Counted from the stretch's first letter, positions 34,709 through 43,501 are shown. The stretch is DNA of 64,000 bases from Candidatus Omnitrophota bacterium (GCA_049643885.1 JBARQV010000006.1:19234-83233); one strand, 5' to 3'. Program-made: numbers and translations. The notes: generated by a model from the sequence alone, not told the origin.

Positions 34709-35347
34709 ATGTGGGAATTTGTTGTAAAAGGCGGGCCGTTGATGTATTTGATCATACTATGTTCGATCATCGCTCTTGCGGTCGTTATCGAGAGGTTGTG
34801 GCAACTGAACAGGGCCCGTATAGATACCGAAGGGTTCATGGAGGACATCGCTGAGACCCTCAGGAGGAACAGGATCATGGACGCCATCGATAAATGCAAC
34901 GCGACTGCGGGGCCTGTCGCCAGCATCCTGAAGGCGGGCATACTGAAGCATGATCGTTCCAGGGCCGAGATAAAAGAAGCCATCGAGGATGCCGGGCTTC
35001 ATGAAGTCCCCCGCCTGGAGAAGAACCTGGGAGTACTGGCGACGATCGCGCATATATCGCCTCTTTTAGGCCTGCTGGGGACCGTGACGGGCATGGTGCA
35101 GTCATTCCAGGTCATCGAGCTGAAAGCTGTTTCCCTGATGCCGGTCAACCCGGGGGATCTGGCGGGAGGTATCTGGGAAGCTTTGATAACCACCGTAGCA
35201 GGCCTTTCCGTGGCGATACCCACATACGTGGCGTATAACTTCCTGGTGAGCAAAGTCGACGGGTTCGTGCTGGAGATGGAAAAAAGCGCCACTGATGTGG
35301 TGAATATACTCGGGATGAAAAGGGACGACGGGGAAGATGAAGTTTAA
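34709..35347 (+). CDS. MotA/TolQ/ExbB proton-channel family protein
   Basis: 3-TM ExbB/TolQ topology with conserved SPLLGLLGTV.GM motif. Confidence 0.8.
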   Translation: MWEFVVKGGPLMYLIILCSIIALAVVIERLWQLNRARIDTEGFMEDIAETLRRNRIMDAIDKCNATAGPVASILKAGILKHDRSRAEIKEAIEDAGLHEVPRLEKNLGVLATIAHISPLLGLLGTVTGMVQSFQVIELKAVSLMPVNPGDLAGGIWEALITTVAGLSVAIPTYVAYNFLVSKVDGFVLEMEKSATDVVNILGMKRDDGEDEV

Positions 35348-35729
35348 AAGAAAAGTATTTCTTGAAAAAGGAAATCTGGACATAGCGCCTCTGATAGACG
35401 TGGTCTTTTTGCTGTTGATCTTTTTTATGCTGACGTCCAGTTTTATCTTTCAGCCGGGGATAAGGGTAAACCTCCCTAAGGCGGTGACCAGTGAGATACT
35501 GCATAAAGAGCTCTTGATAGTAGTTGTCACCGGGGAGAACGAGGTGTTCATAAACGAACGACCGGTTTCAAGGGACGAGTTGATATCACGCATAACCCTG
35601 GCCGCCAAGGGCGATAGATCATTGCTGATAAAAGCGGACAAGGATGCCGACCTGGGGAAGGTTATCGAGATCTGGGATATCTGCCGGCAGCAGGATATAA
35701 AAAGGATAAGTATCGCAACGACCCAATGA
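35337..35729 (+). CDS. ExbD/TolR biopolymer transport protein
   Basis: Single N-terminal TM (DIAPLIDVVFLLLIFFM) plus periplasmic domain. Confidence 0.75.
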   Translation: MKFKRKVFLEKGNLDIAPLIDVVFLLLIFFMLTSSFIFQPGIRVNLPKAVTSEILHKELLIVVVTGENEVFINERPVSRDELISRITLAAKGDRSLLIKADKDADLGKVIEIWDICRQQDIKRISIATTQ

Positions 35730-36403
35730 GTATCATGATCGACAGAAATTTAAGGATCGCGGTTTGTATCTCGGTAGGGGTCCATATTTTCGCCATGTCA
35801 GCGGTGATGATCGTGGCGCCCAATGATATCGGCCGGAATAAGAGTTTTACGCGTGTGGATTTTCTCGGTCCTATTCTGGAGAAGACCGCGTTCGACATCA
35901 TGCTTGAAAGCGCTAATCCTGTTGTCAAGACCAGTTACGGCTGGGGGATGTTGCCGGAAAGTCCGGAGGATCTCGGTGTTTCATCCCCCGGGAGGATATC
36001 GTTTGAACAGGACTTGCCCGCGGGGTTTGAAAACAGCCTGGACAGGGCCATTATCGACGCTTTATCGGATTACAAGTCCGTGCCTGATTTTTTTCTGGAT
36101 GTAAGGGACGAAAGGATGAACCGGCTGGGCTGGCGCGCCGGCGAAAGAAGGATTATTTATACTTCTGAACAGCCGTACATCATGAAAGGACTTTACGGCG
36201 ATAAGGAAATTATCCTGATAAAGGTCAGGGCGCTGGTGAGTCCTCACGGAGAAGTAAAAAAGACCGAACCGGTGACCACCACAGGGTATCCGCAGCTTGA
36301 TATGCTTGCAGCCAAATATGTCAGGAGCTGGATATTTGAGGGCAGGGAAGAAGGCGTCGATGAATGGGTGTTGCTGGAAGTCAAACTAAATACCGGAGAT
36401 TGA
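35726..36403 (+). CDS. TonB-family energy transducer, C-terminal domain-containing
   Basis: N-terminal TM. C-terminal TonB_C-like beta-alpha-beta (GEVKKTEPVTTTGYPQLD...A...V..W.F). Confidence 0.55.
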   Translation: MSIMIDRNLRIAVCISVGVHIFAMSAVMIVAPNDIGRNKSFTRVDFLGPILEKTAFDIMLESANPVVKTSYGWGMLPESPEDLGVSSPGRISFEQDLPAGFENSLDRAIIDALSDYKSVPDFFLDVRDERMNRLGWRAGERRIIYTSEQPYIMKGLYGDKEIILIKVRALVSPHGEVKKTEPVTTTGYPQLDMLAAKYVRSWIFEGREEGVDEWVLLEVKLNTGD

Positions 36404-36407
36404 GCGC

Positions 36408-36686
36408 ATGATCAAGGTCGATATCTCAACTGCTCTTTTTTTATACCTGTTTTTCACGGCCGTATTACTCTTGATCCTATGGTCTTTTTTCAGTTTCGGG
36501 ACCAGGATGAAGACTTTCGGGTCCGAGGAGAAGTATATTTGGCATTGTTCGATATGCGCGTATACTTATATAGACAGCAAACATGAGAATATTTCAAGGT
36601 GCCCAAGGTGCAACAGTTATAATGAAAAGATCGATAAAGAGAGATTGAAGGAAAAATTACAGAAGACTATGAAGGGAGGTGAGTGA
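36408..36686 (+). CDS. small membrane protein with C-terminal CxxC...CxxC zinc ribbon
   Basis: One TM, then CSIC...CPRC. Its start is 5 nt after the tonB stop. Confidence 0.45.
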   Translation: MIKVDISTALFLYLFFTAVLLLILWSFFSFGTRMKTFGSEEKYIWHCSICAYTYIDSKHENISRCPRCNSYNEKIDKERLKEKLQKTMKGGE

Positions 36687-36921
36687 GGTGATTACACAGA
36701 TAGGCATTGTCGCGGGAGAAATATGGACCTATCTCGAGGGACATAACAAGGTCGATCATATTGACAACCTTATCAGCGAGTTGTCCAGGGACAGGGACCT
36801 GGTGCTCATGAGTTTAGGTTGGTTGGCCAGGGAGGGGCATGTCGCCATGAAGGGAGACGCCCCGAACTATTTAGTGACTCTTATGAATGAGAAGGGGAGT
36901 AAAGATGAACGAAACTGCTAA
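36679..36921 (+). CDS. small winged-helix-like protein (possibly DUF2582-type)
   Basis: 80 aa. Overlaps the upstream stop (GTGA). The wHTH call rests on a vague pattern (GEIWTYL...LSLGWLAREGHV) only. Confidence 0.35.
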   Translation: MSEVITQIGIVAGEIWTYLEGHNKVDHIDNLISELSRDRDLVLMSLGWLAREGHVAMKGDAPNYLVTLMNEKGSKDERNC

Positions 36922-37243
36922 AGACAGAGAGATACAGGAAGAAGCAAAAGAGATAGAGGAACATGCTTTGCCGATCGAGGAAGGCGCCCCGGGAGAAAAA
37001 GATGAAAGGGTGCCGATAAAAGCTCCTTTGCGGGTTTTACGCTTCAAGACGATCAACAAGCAGTTCGGATGGTGGGCCGCGGTGGTCCTTTTGGAGAGCT
37101 ACGCGAAAAAACAGGTGTGTCTGTACCTGTGGCAGAAAAGAGACGGATCATGGAAGCGTAAACAAAAGTTCGGCATACATTCCAAGGAGGACTGGCAGCT
37201 CATGAAAAACGCCGTCGAGTCCTTTGTCGGAGAATTAACGTGA
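36905..37243 (+). CDS. hypothetical protein (acidic N-terminus, basic Trp-rich C-terminus)
   Basis: ORF with a 4-nt overlap onto the HDAC start. No recognisable domain. Confidence 0.35.
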   Translation: MNETAKDREIQEEAKEIEEHALPIEEGAPGEKDERVPIKAPLRVLRFKTINKQFGWWAAVVLLESYAKKQVCLYLWQKRDGSWKRKQKFGIHSKEDWQLMKNAVESFVGELT

Positions 37244-38166
37244 TATTTGGGTCAAGATCCAAAGTACCGGTCATCTATTCCGAGAAATATTACGTGGAGA
37301 TCGGGGATCACGTATTCCCTACCTCGAAATACAGGATATTAAAAAAGCGTTTAGAGTCTGACGCGTCATTGAAAGACAAATTTGAAATGCTTTCGCCCGT
37401 GCCGGCTAAGGACGAAGAGGTCCTTACGGTCCATACACCCGAATACATTTATAAACTCAGGAACGGGACATTAAGCCCTGAAGAGGTATTCAAAATGGAA
37501 CTTCCGTATTCGCCGGAACTCGCGGAGGTGGCGTTTATTACCTGCGGCGGGACGATAACCGCTTCAAGGCAGGCTCTCGACAAGAAGGCTTCGGTCCACC
37601 TGGGCGGCGGGTTCCATCACGCGTTTCCGGACCATGGAGAGGGGTTCTGCGTCCTGAACGATATCGCCGTAAGCATAAGATCGCTGCAGATGGAAGGCTC
37701 CGTCAAAAAAGCTTTGGTAGTCGATTGTGATCTTCATCAGGGGAACGGGACCGCTTTTACTTTCAAGAATGATCCTACCGTATTTACTTTTTCTATACAC
37801 CAGGAAAACAATTATCCCCTGATGAAGCCCAAGAGCGATCTGGATATCGGCCTTCTTGACTGGACGGGGGACAAAACATATTTGAAACACCTTCACGACA
37901 ACGTGCCAAGGATCATAAGCGAGTTCAAGCCTGATATAATCTTATACCTGGCCGGCGCTGACCCTTACGAGAAAGACCAGCTCGGGAACCTGCGTCTTTC
38001 AAAGAAGGGTTTAAGGGAACGTGATAATTTCGTGTGCACCCAGGCGTTGAATTTCGGCGTGCCTATAGCTATAACTCTGGCCGGAGGCTATGCCGTCAAC
38101 AGGGAAGACACTGTAGATATACATTTCGGGACCATTGACGAGTGTATCAAGGTCTTTGTCGGGTAG
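37240..38166 (+). CDS. histone deacetylase-family (AcuC/acetylpolyamine amidohydrolase-like) Zn-dependent deacetylase (GTG start)
   Basis: HDAC motifs: GGGFHHA, D..HHGNG, and the YxAGADPY-like LAGADPYE. Confidence 0.8.
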   Translation: MIFGSRSKVPVIYSEKYYVEIGDHVFPTSKYRILKKRLESDASLKDKFEMLSPVPAKDEEVLTVHTPEYIYKLRNGTLSPEEVFKMELPYSPELAEVAFITCGGTITASRQALDKKASVHLGGGFHHAFPDHGEGFCVLNDIAVSIRSLQMEGSVKKALVVDCDLHQGNGTAFTFKNDPTVFTFSIHQENNYPLMKPKSDLDIGLLDWTGDKTYLKHLHDNVPRIISEFKPDIILYLAGADPYEKDQLGNLRLSKKGLRERDNFVCTQALNFGVPIAITLAGGYAVNREDTVDIHFGTIDECIKVFVG

Positions 38167-38233
38167 CTTGTGCCGACTGAAGGCTTTATTTTTCGTTATT
38201 TTGTGTTATAATACCTTTCACGATTTTCCTAGT

Positions 38234-38309
38234 GGGGCAGTAGCTCAGCTGGAAGAGCATCACGTTCGCAACGTGGGGGTCGTGGGTTCGAGTCCCATCT
38301 GCTCCACCA
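38234..38309 (+). tRNA. tRNA-Ala (anticodon CGC)
   Basis: Cloverleaf folded by hand. G3:U70 Ala identity pair, anticodon loop TTCGCAA, encoded CCA. Confidence 0.85.
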
Positions 38310-38313
38310 ACAA

Positions 38314-38349
38314 TAAAAAAACCCTTCAGTTTTTCTGAAGGGTTTTTTA
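38314..38349 (+). terminator. rho-independent terminator (cccttcag/ctgaaggg stem plus T-run; A-run on the 5' side, possibly bidirectional)
   Basis: Perfect 8-bp GC-containing stem followed by TTTTTT, directly after the tRNA. Confidence 0.6.
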
Positions 38350-38366
38350 TTGTCGTTCCGTTCCCA

Positions 38367-38530
38367 TTAAACGTTCATCAGACGTTTGACTCATCTGAAT
38401 GTTGAAAAGGCCCGGGGGTGTATTCCGTGCTCAGACAGTCCAAAAAAAAGCGACCTAAAATCGCTTTTTTTTGGAAACTCGCACTGAACACACCCCCGGA
38501 CCTTTCCGTAACCCTGATCAGATCAAGCAT
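38367..38530 (+). repeat. F1 structured repeat, copy a (about 165-bp imperfect palindrome centred on the perfect hairpin ccaaaaaaaagcga...tcgcttttttttgg)
   Basis: About 90% identical to copy b at 41146-41312 in the same orientation. Internal long inverted repeats. Confidence 0.75.
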
Positions 38531-38544
38531 CTGAGTGAAGAAAT

Positions 38545-38710
38545 TTGTGATTTTTATTGCCTGGACTGTTCCGTACAGGGCTTTAAATTTCCGAGCGGGC
38601 ACGGTTCGCCCGTGTCCTAACTTCCGGCGAGAGCGAGGAAATTTTAGAGTCCGATTTTCTCGCTGGGAAAAGCGGACGTCCCTGGTAGGAACGGACAGGT
38701 AATAAAAAAA
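38545..38710 (+). repeat. F2 structured repeat, copy a (about 165 bp, 25-bp terminal inverted repeats ttattgcctgg.ctgttccgtacaggg / ccctggtaggaacggacagg.aataa, two internal hairpins)
   Basis: About 95% identical to copy b at 59266-59431 in the same orientation. Confidence 0.75.
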
Positions 38711-38745
38711 CCACGAATCACGAACCACGAACGACGAACCACGAG
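38711..38745 (+). repeat. tandem heptamer (cacgaa[c/t]) x5 microsatellite
   Basis: ccacgaatcacgaaccacgaacgacgaaccacgagg, read directly. Abuts F2a. Confidence 0.6.
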
Positions 38746-38801
38746 GGGCGCGACTTGACTTTTCGGGAGAATAGGGCATATTTGTTACTTAAGGAGGTGG
38801 T

Positions 38802-38978
38802 ATGATGAAAATAATTTCTTGTTTATTAGCTTTGGTCGGGTTGGTCTGTATAGCCTTTTCGATCCTCATGAAGCTCAAAGGGATCAATCTTCTGGGAGCC
38901 GGCGCCCCGGTATCGTATTTAGTGCTTGCGAACACCTTCTTTCTTCTATCGATCTCTGCGGCGATGCATAAAAAGTGA
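38802..38978 (+). CDS. hypothetical small membrane protein (58 aa; below the cutoff of the ORF track)
   Basis: Strong RBS AAGGAGGTGG 5 nt upstream of ATG. Two predicted TM helices. Confidence 0.4.
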   Translation: MMKIISCLLALVGLVCIAFSILMKLKGINLLGAGAPVSYLVLANTFFLLSISAAMHKK

Positions 38979-39145
38979 TAAAAATCCTTGTTTAAGGGGA
39001 CATGATCTGTTTCCCGTAAAGATCCCAGGCTTAATTGCTTGGGATTTTTATTTCTGTGGCGTATAATATGGTACTATGCGGGGTATAAAAAACAGCTCTT
39101 GAAACGCGCCGAAGCGGTGCTCTCATGAAACGAGGTGTTACAGGC

Positions 39146-39505
39146 ATGAAAAAGCTTATACTTAAAACGTTCATTATTCTTTTTCTGGCCGTTTTTTCTA
39201 CGGCCTCGGCCCGGGGAGCAGGGGATATCGATCTTTCAAAGATCCCGGACGGTGTATATAAGGGTAAATGCAGATATTACGGGATGTTTACGTGCGAGGT
39301 GGAAGTAAGGGTGCGCGACCACCGGATAACCGATATCAAGGTATTTGAGGACAGGGAAAGTGAATATGTGGAACAAGCCAAGGGTGTTACTAAGAACGTG
39401 ATAAAGGAACAGTCTTTGAAAGTTGATACTGTCACGGGAGCTACAATTACCAGCCGGGCGATACTTAAGGCCATAGAGAACGCGTTGGCGAAAAAGGGTA
39501 AGTAA
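39146..39505 (+). CDS. secreted FMN-binding-domain protein
   Basis: Signal peptide, C-terminal ...VDTVTGATITSRAI motif of the FMN_bind domain (PF04205-like). Start trimmed to MKKLILK. Confidence 0.55.
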   Translation: MKKLILKTFIILFLAVFSTASARGAGDIDLSKIPDGVYKGKCRYYGMFTCEVEVRVRDHRITDIKVFEDRESEYVEQAKGVTKNVIKEQSLKVDTVTGATITSRAILKAIENALAKKGK

Positions 39506-39520
39506 AAAAAGGGGGATACG

Positions 39521-39640
39521 ATGAAAGTTAAAGAAGCAGGAGAAAATTACAGGTGCAACATTTGCGGCAATGAGGTCACCGTGACGAAAGCGGGAGGGGG
39601 AGAACTTGTCTGCTGCGGTCAGCCGATGGAAAAAATATGA
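39521..39640 (+). CDS. desulforedoxin (39 aa; below the cutoff of the ORF track)
   Basis: [12 protein letters not shown]...[12 protein letters not shown] matches the desulforedoxin CxxC...CC Fe(Cys)4 signature. RBS GGGGGA upstream. Its stop overlaps the next start (ATGA). Confidence 0.7.
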   Translation: MKVKEAGENYRCNICGNEVTVTKAGGGELVCCGQPMEKI

Positions 39641-41124
39641 AACGGTTTCTCCCGGCAGTTCTGGTTTTATTTCTGCTATCCGTCTCGTGGAACGAAGCTT
39701 CCGGAAAAATGGCCGACCTAGCGGGCTCGTGGTACACGGCTGATCCCCGCGCTCTTGAGGCCGAGCTGAAAGATTACCTGGACAATGCCGATGTCCCCCC
39801 GGTCGAGGGGGATATCATCGGCCTTGTGGCTCCCCACGCGGGGTTCAGGTATTCCGGTCCCGTAGCGGCATATGCGTATAAAGCGGCCTTGAAGCAGGAT
39901 CCGGACCTGGTTGTAATTGTCGGTTTTTCCCACAGGAAATATTCCCCCTGGATATCGGTTTTTACCGACGAGAGTTTTGTCACGCCGCTCGGCCCCCTTG
40001 CCGTTGACCAGGAGCTATCCCGTAAGTTGATGGCTTCAAATGAAAAGATACAAAGCGTTCCCGGGTTGTTCGAGCAGGAAAATTCGGTAGAGATGGAGAT
40101 CCCGTTCGTGCAGGTCGCTTTCAAGAACGCCCGGGCGGTGCTGGTAGCTGTAGGCGAGCAGAGCCGGGAGAATTTCCATATCCTGGGAGACGCCCTGTAT
40201 GAAGTTCTGCGTGGTGAGAAGAATTTCATAATTATCGCGAGCACGGACATGTGCCATTATCTGCCTTATGAAGAGGCGAACACGCGGGACGCAATGACGA
40301 TCAAAGCTATAAAAAGCTTCGACCCGGATAATTTTTATTCCGTGAGCCTGAAAAACAGGCATGAACTGATGTGCGGTCCGGGGCCTGTCTGCGCGACGAT
40401 GCTCGCGTGTAAAAAACTGGGCGCGGACAAGGTCGAAATATTGAAATATGCCAATTCCGGCGATACTTCGGGAATGAAGGACCGGGTCGTCGGTTACCTC
40501 AGCGCGGCTTTTGTCAGGAGCGGAGGAAGAAAAGCCGGGGAGAAGCCGGCGGCAGTAAAGGAGGGCAGCGAGATGTTTACTCAGGAGCAAAAAGATAAGC
40601 TCTTGAAGATCGCAAGAGACACTATGCGTCATTATCTTGAAACCGGGAAACGCCTTGAAGTGGACGTCGAGGACGAAGCCCTTAAAGAAGATATGGGCGC
40701 GTTCGTGACCCTTCATGAGAAAGGGAAGTTAAGAGGATGTATCGGCCATATGGTCGGCACACAGCCTTTTTACCTTACTGTAAGGGATATGGCGATCGCG
40801 TCGGCCACCGAAGATCCCAGGTTTCCGCCGGTTACAGCGGGTGAGCTGGACGATATTGATATTGAGATATCCGCGCTTTCCCCGATGAGGAAAATAGACG
40901 ATTACAACGAGATCAATATCCCCGGGCAGGGTGTAATGGTCAGGATGGGTTTCCGCAGCGGAGTTTATCTTCCCCAGGTCGCGATAGAGACCGGTTGGGA
41001 CAGGGACCAGTTCATGAACAGCCTCTGCGCGCATAAGGCCGGTATCCCCATGGATGCATGGAAAACAGGGGCATGCGATATATACGTCTTCGACGCGGAA
41101 GTATTCGGGGAAAAAGAAAAGTAG
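39637..41124 (+). CDS. fused MEMO1-family (AmmeMemoRadiSam system protein B) / AMMECR1-domain (protein A) protein with a signal-peptide-like N-terminus
   Basis: MEMO1 motifs (GSWY..D, APHAG..YSG, TDM(C)HY) in aa 25-300. AMMECR1 motif (GAFVTL...LRGCIG) in aa 330-495. The N-terminal 22 aa are hydrophobic; an alternative start at the Met inside [11 protein letters not shown] is possible. Confidence 0.8.
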   Translation: MKRFLPAVLVLFLLSVSWNEASGKMADLAGSWYTADPRALEAELKDYLDNADVPPVEGDIIGLVAPHAGFRYSGPVAAYAYKAALKQDPDLVVIVGFSHRKYSPWISVFTDESFVTPLGPLAVDQELSRKLMASNEKIQSVPGLFEQENSVEMEIPFVQVAFKNARAVLVAVGEQSRENFHILGDALYEVLRGEKNFIIIASTDMCHYLPYEEANTRDAMTIKAIKSFDPDNFYSVSLKNRHELMCGPGPVCATMLACKKLGADKVEILKYANSGDTSGMKDRVVGYLSAAFVRSGGRKAGEKPAAVKEGSEMFTQEQKDKLLKIARDTMRHYLETGKRLEVDVEDEALKEDMGAFVTLHEKGKLRGCIGHMVGTQPFYLTVRDMAIASATEDPRFPPVTAGELDDIDIEISALSPMRKIDDYNEINIPGQGVMVRMGFRSGVYLPQVAIETGWDRDQFMNSLCAHKAGIPMDAWKTGACDIYVFDAEVFGEKEK

Positions 41125-41145
41125 TATCGTGATCCGTATATCGTG

Positions 41146-41312
41146 TTAAACGTTCATTGGATGCTTGACTTATCTGAATGTTGAAAAGGTCTGGGGGGTG
41201 TATTCCGTGCTCAGACAGTCCAAAAAAAACGACCTAAAATCGCTTTTTTTTGGAAACTCGCACTGAACACACCCCCAGACCTTTCCGTAACTCTGATCAG
41301 GTTAATCATCCA
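41146..41312 (+). repeat. F1 structured repeat, copy b
   Basis: See copy a. Lies between the MEMO1-AMMECR1 stop and the rsmE start. Confidence 0.75.
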
Positions 41313-41347
41313 CAGGCAATAAACAAATCGATGATGACTAACGAACA

Positions 41348-42094
41348 ATGAGCAGATTTTACGTTCCAAAAGAAAAAGTAAATCAAGCGAGAAACGAGAT
41401 CCTCATCGACGGTGAAGAAGCTCATCACATCCTCGATGTCATGCGGCTCAAGGATGGGGATACGCTCGTCGTCTTTGACGGCACAGGGGTCGAATACTCG
41501 GGTTTTATCAAGAAAGCGGATCCGCGCTCGAAAGCCTTAACGGTTGAAATAATAAGGATCGATAAACCGGCCGCGGAAAAGATACCGGAGATCATCCTGG
41601 CCCAGGCGATCCCAAAGAAAGCCAAAATGGAGCATATCATAGAAAAGGCCACGGAACTGGGCGTTTCCCGCGTTATACCGCTGGTCACCGGCAGGACCAT
41701 AGTCAGGCCCGATGAGACCGGGCGTGAGAAGAAAGTCTCAAGATGGAAAAAGATCGCTGCCGAATCGTCAAAACAATGCGGCAGGGTAGACGTCCCGCCG
41801 GTCGAAGATATCACCAGGTTTGAGGACCTGGTCAAGACCCTCGATGAATACGACCTGGCGCTTCTGGCGCATGTTTCGGAAAAGACTGAACCGATCAAAA
41901 AAGCATTGGCAGATTTCAGGTCCGGGAAGATAATCGTCTTTATAGGCCCGGAAGGGGATTTCACTCCCGATGAAGTTAAAATGACCGAAGGCAAAGGCAA
42001 TTGCAGGCTGGTATCCCTTGGCAGCCGGGTCCTCAGGGCTGATACGGCCGGTCTTTTTGTCCTCTCTGTCCTCAATTACGAATTCTCGATGTGA
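41348..42094 (+). CDS. rsmE: 16S rRNA (uracil1498-N3)-methyltransferase
   Basis: RsmE family: N-terminal PUA-like domain and C-terminal SPOUT domain. Confidence 0.85.
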   Translation: MSRFYVPKEKVNQARNEILIDGEEAHHILDVMRLKDGDTLVVFDGTGVEYSGFIKKADPRSKALTVEIIRIDKPAAEKIPEIILAQAIPKKAKMEHIIEKATELGVSRVIPLVTGRTIVRPDETGREKKVSRWKKIAAESSKQCGRVDVPPVEDITRFEDLVKTLDEYDLALLAHVSEKTEPIKKALADFRSGKIIVFIGPEGDFTPDEVKMTEGKGNCRLVSLGSRVLRADTAGLFVLSVLNYEFSM

Positions 42095-43401
42095 TGATGA
42101 AGCCGACCTTTACGATAGAGACGCTGGGCTGTAAAGTCAACCAGTACGAGTCACAGGTTATCAGGGAAGCCCTTGTCAGGCTTGGGTTTGAGGAGGCCGA
42201 CGCCGACCAGGCCGAAGTAGGCATCGTCAATTCCTGCACGGTTACTTCCAAGGCTGACGGCAAGACGAGAAAACTGGTGCGGAAATTAAAAAAAAGCAAT
42301 CCGTTCAGCAGAATATTCGTCACCGGGTGCTGCGCGGTGTTCAGTGAAGATATCGAAGAACTGGAATCGTTGCCCGAAGTTCACAAGGTAGTGCCGAACC
42401 GGGATAAAATGAAATTGCCGTTCATTATAGGTTCCGAATACGGGAAAGAAACAGATAACCAGCCGGTCGAAGAGCGGGTTTCAGGGTTTGATTTGCATAC
42501 AAGGGCGTTTCTCAAGGTCCAGGATGGCTGCGACCGGAGATGTTCTTACTGCAAGGTGAATCTGGTCAGGGGGCCCTCGCGCAGCAAAGATAAAAAAGAT
42601 GTTATTGAAGAACTTGTGCGCCTGGTAGGCCGCGGGTATAAAGAGATCGTGATCACCGGCATATGCCTTGGAGGCTGGAAAGGTGCCGGCGGGGAAAAAT
42701 TTTCTGATCTTTTAAGGGATGTCGACGGATTGACTGGAGATTTCAGGATAAGGCTGAGCTCGATCGAACCGGACCATATAGATGAAGACCTTATTGACGT
42801 AATTTCCGGATCAAGCAGGATATGTCATCACTTGCATATACCCCTTCAAAGCGGCTCGGATAAGATATTGAAGCTTATGAAAAGAGAATACGACACTGGA
42901 AAGTTGGAAGAGTTGATAGCAGGTATAAGGAAAAAGATCCCTTTGGTCGGGATAACCATGGATGTCATTTGCGGTTTTCCGGGTGAAAGCGACGAGGATT
43001 TTGAAAGAACGCTCTTTTTTATTGAAAAAGTGAGGCCGACGCGTTTACACGTCTTCAGCTACAGTGATCGTAAAGGCACTTGTTCGCACAAAATGAAAGA
43101 AAAAGTGCCGATAGAGAAGATCCGGGAGCGTGTAAGCCTTTTAATAGGGGTCGGGGAAAAACTTCAGGCTGAGTTCTGCAGGAAATTTATCGGCCAGGAA
43201 GTAGAGATCCTCGTGGAGAAAAAAATAAAAGACGACATGCTTATTGAAGGCTATACCGGTGAGTATGTTAAGGTAAAATTAAAGGGTTTTTCAGGAAAAG
43301 AGGGTTCTTTAATCCGTTCAAAAGTTAATTATGTTGATGAAGTTTTGCCTTTCCTTCTTATAGGGCACAAGGAACCCAAAGAAAAAGCAACAAAACGTTA
43401 G
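42091..43401 (+). CDS. mtaB: MiaB-like tRNA methylthiotransferase (MtaB-type)
   Basis: MTTase N-terminal domain (TLGCKVNQYES), radical SAM CDRRCSYC, C-terminal TRAM. RimO is separate, so this one is most likely MtaB. Confidence 0.65.
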   Translation: MMMKPTFTIETLGCKVNQYESQVIREALVRLGFEEADADQAEVGIVNSCTVTSKADGKTRKLVRKLKKSNPFSRIFVTGCCAVFSEDIEELESLPEVHKVVPNRDKMKLPFIIGSEYGKETDNQPVEERVSGFDLHTRAFLKVQDGCDRRCSYCKVNLVRGPSRSKDKKDVIEELVRLVGRGYKEIVITGICLGGWKGAGGEKFSDLLRDVDGLTGDFRIRLSSIEPDHIDEDLIDVISGSSRICHHLHIPLQSGSDKILKLMKREYDTGKLEELIAGIRKKIPLVGITMDVICGFPGESDEDFERTLFFIEKVRPTRLHVFSYSDRKGTCSHKMKEKVPIEKIRERVSLLIGVGEKLQAEFCRKFIGQEVEILVEKKIKDDMLIEGYTGEYVKVKLKGFSGKEGSLIRSKVNYVDEVLPFLLIGHKEPKEKATKR

Positions 43402-43501
43402 TGTTATAAAAACTAAGCAACGCTTTACGGGCGTTTCATTTCTGTAGTTTGACTTCATAATTATTATATGATATACTTCCTAAGCATTAGAGGGGATTCC
43501 C

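Noticed and set aside
38367-38530. F1 elements as integron attC sites / cassette array
   Set aside because: Size and imperfect-palindrome character are reminiscent of attC, but no GTTRRRY core / RYYYAAC inverse core was found at the ends, and no intI-like integrase is in the window.
38378-38779. 133-aa minus-strand ORF (and 85-aa ORF at 59244-59501)
   Set aside because: They run through the F1/F2 structured repeats. The same 'protein' segments recur wherever the repeat recurs, so these are artefacts of repeat sequence rather than genes.
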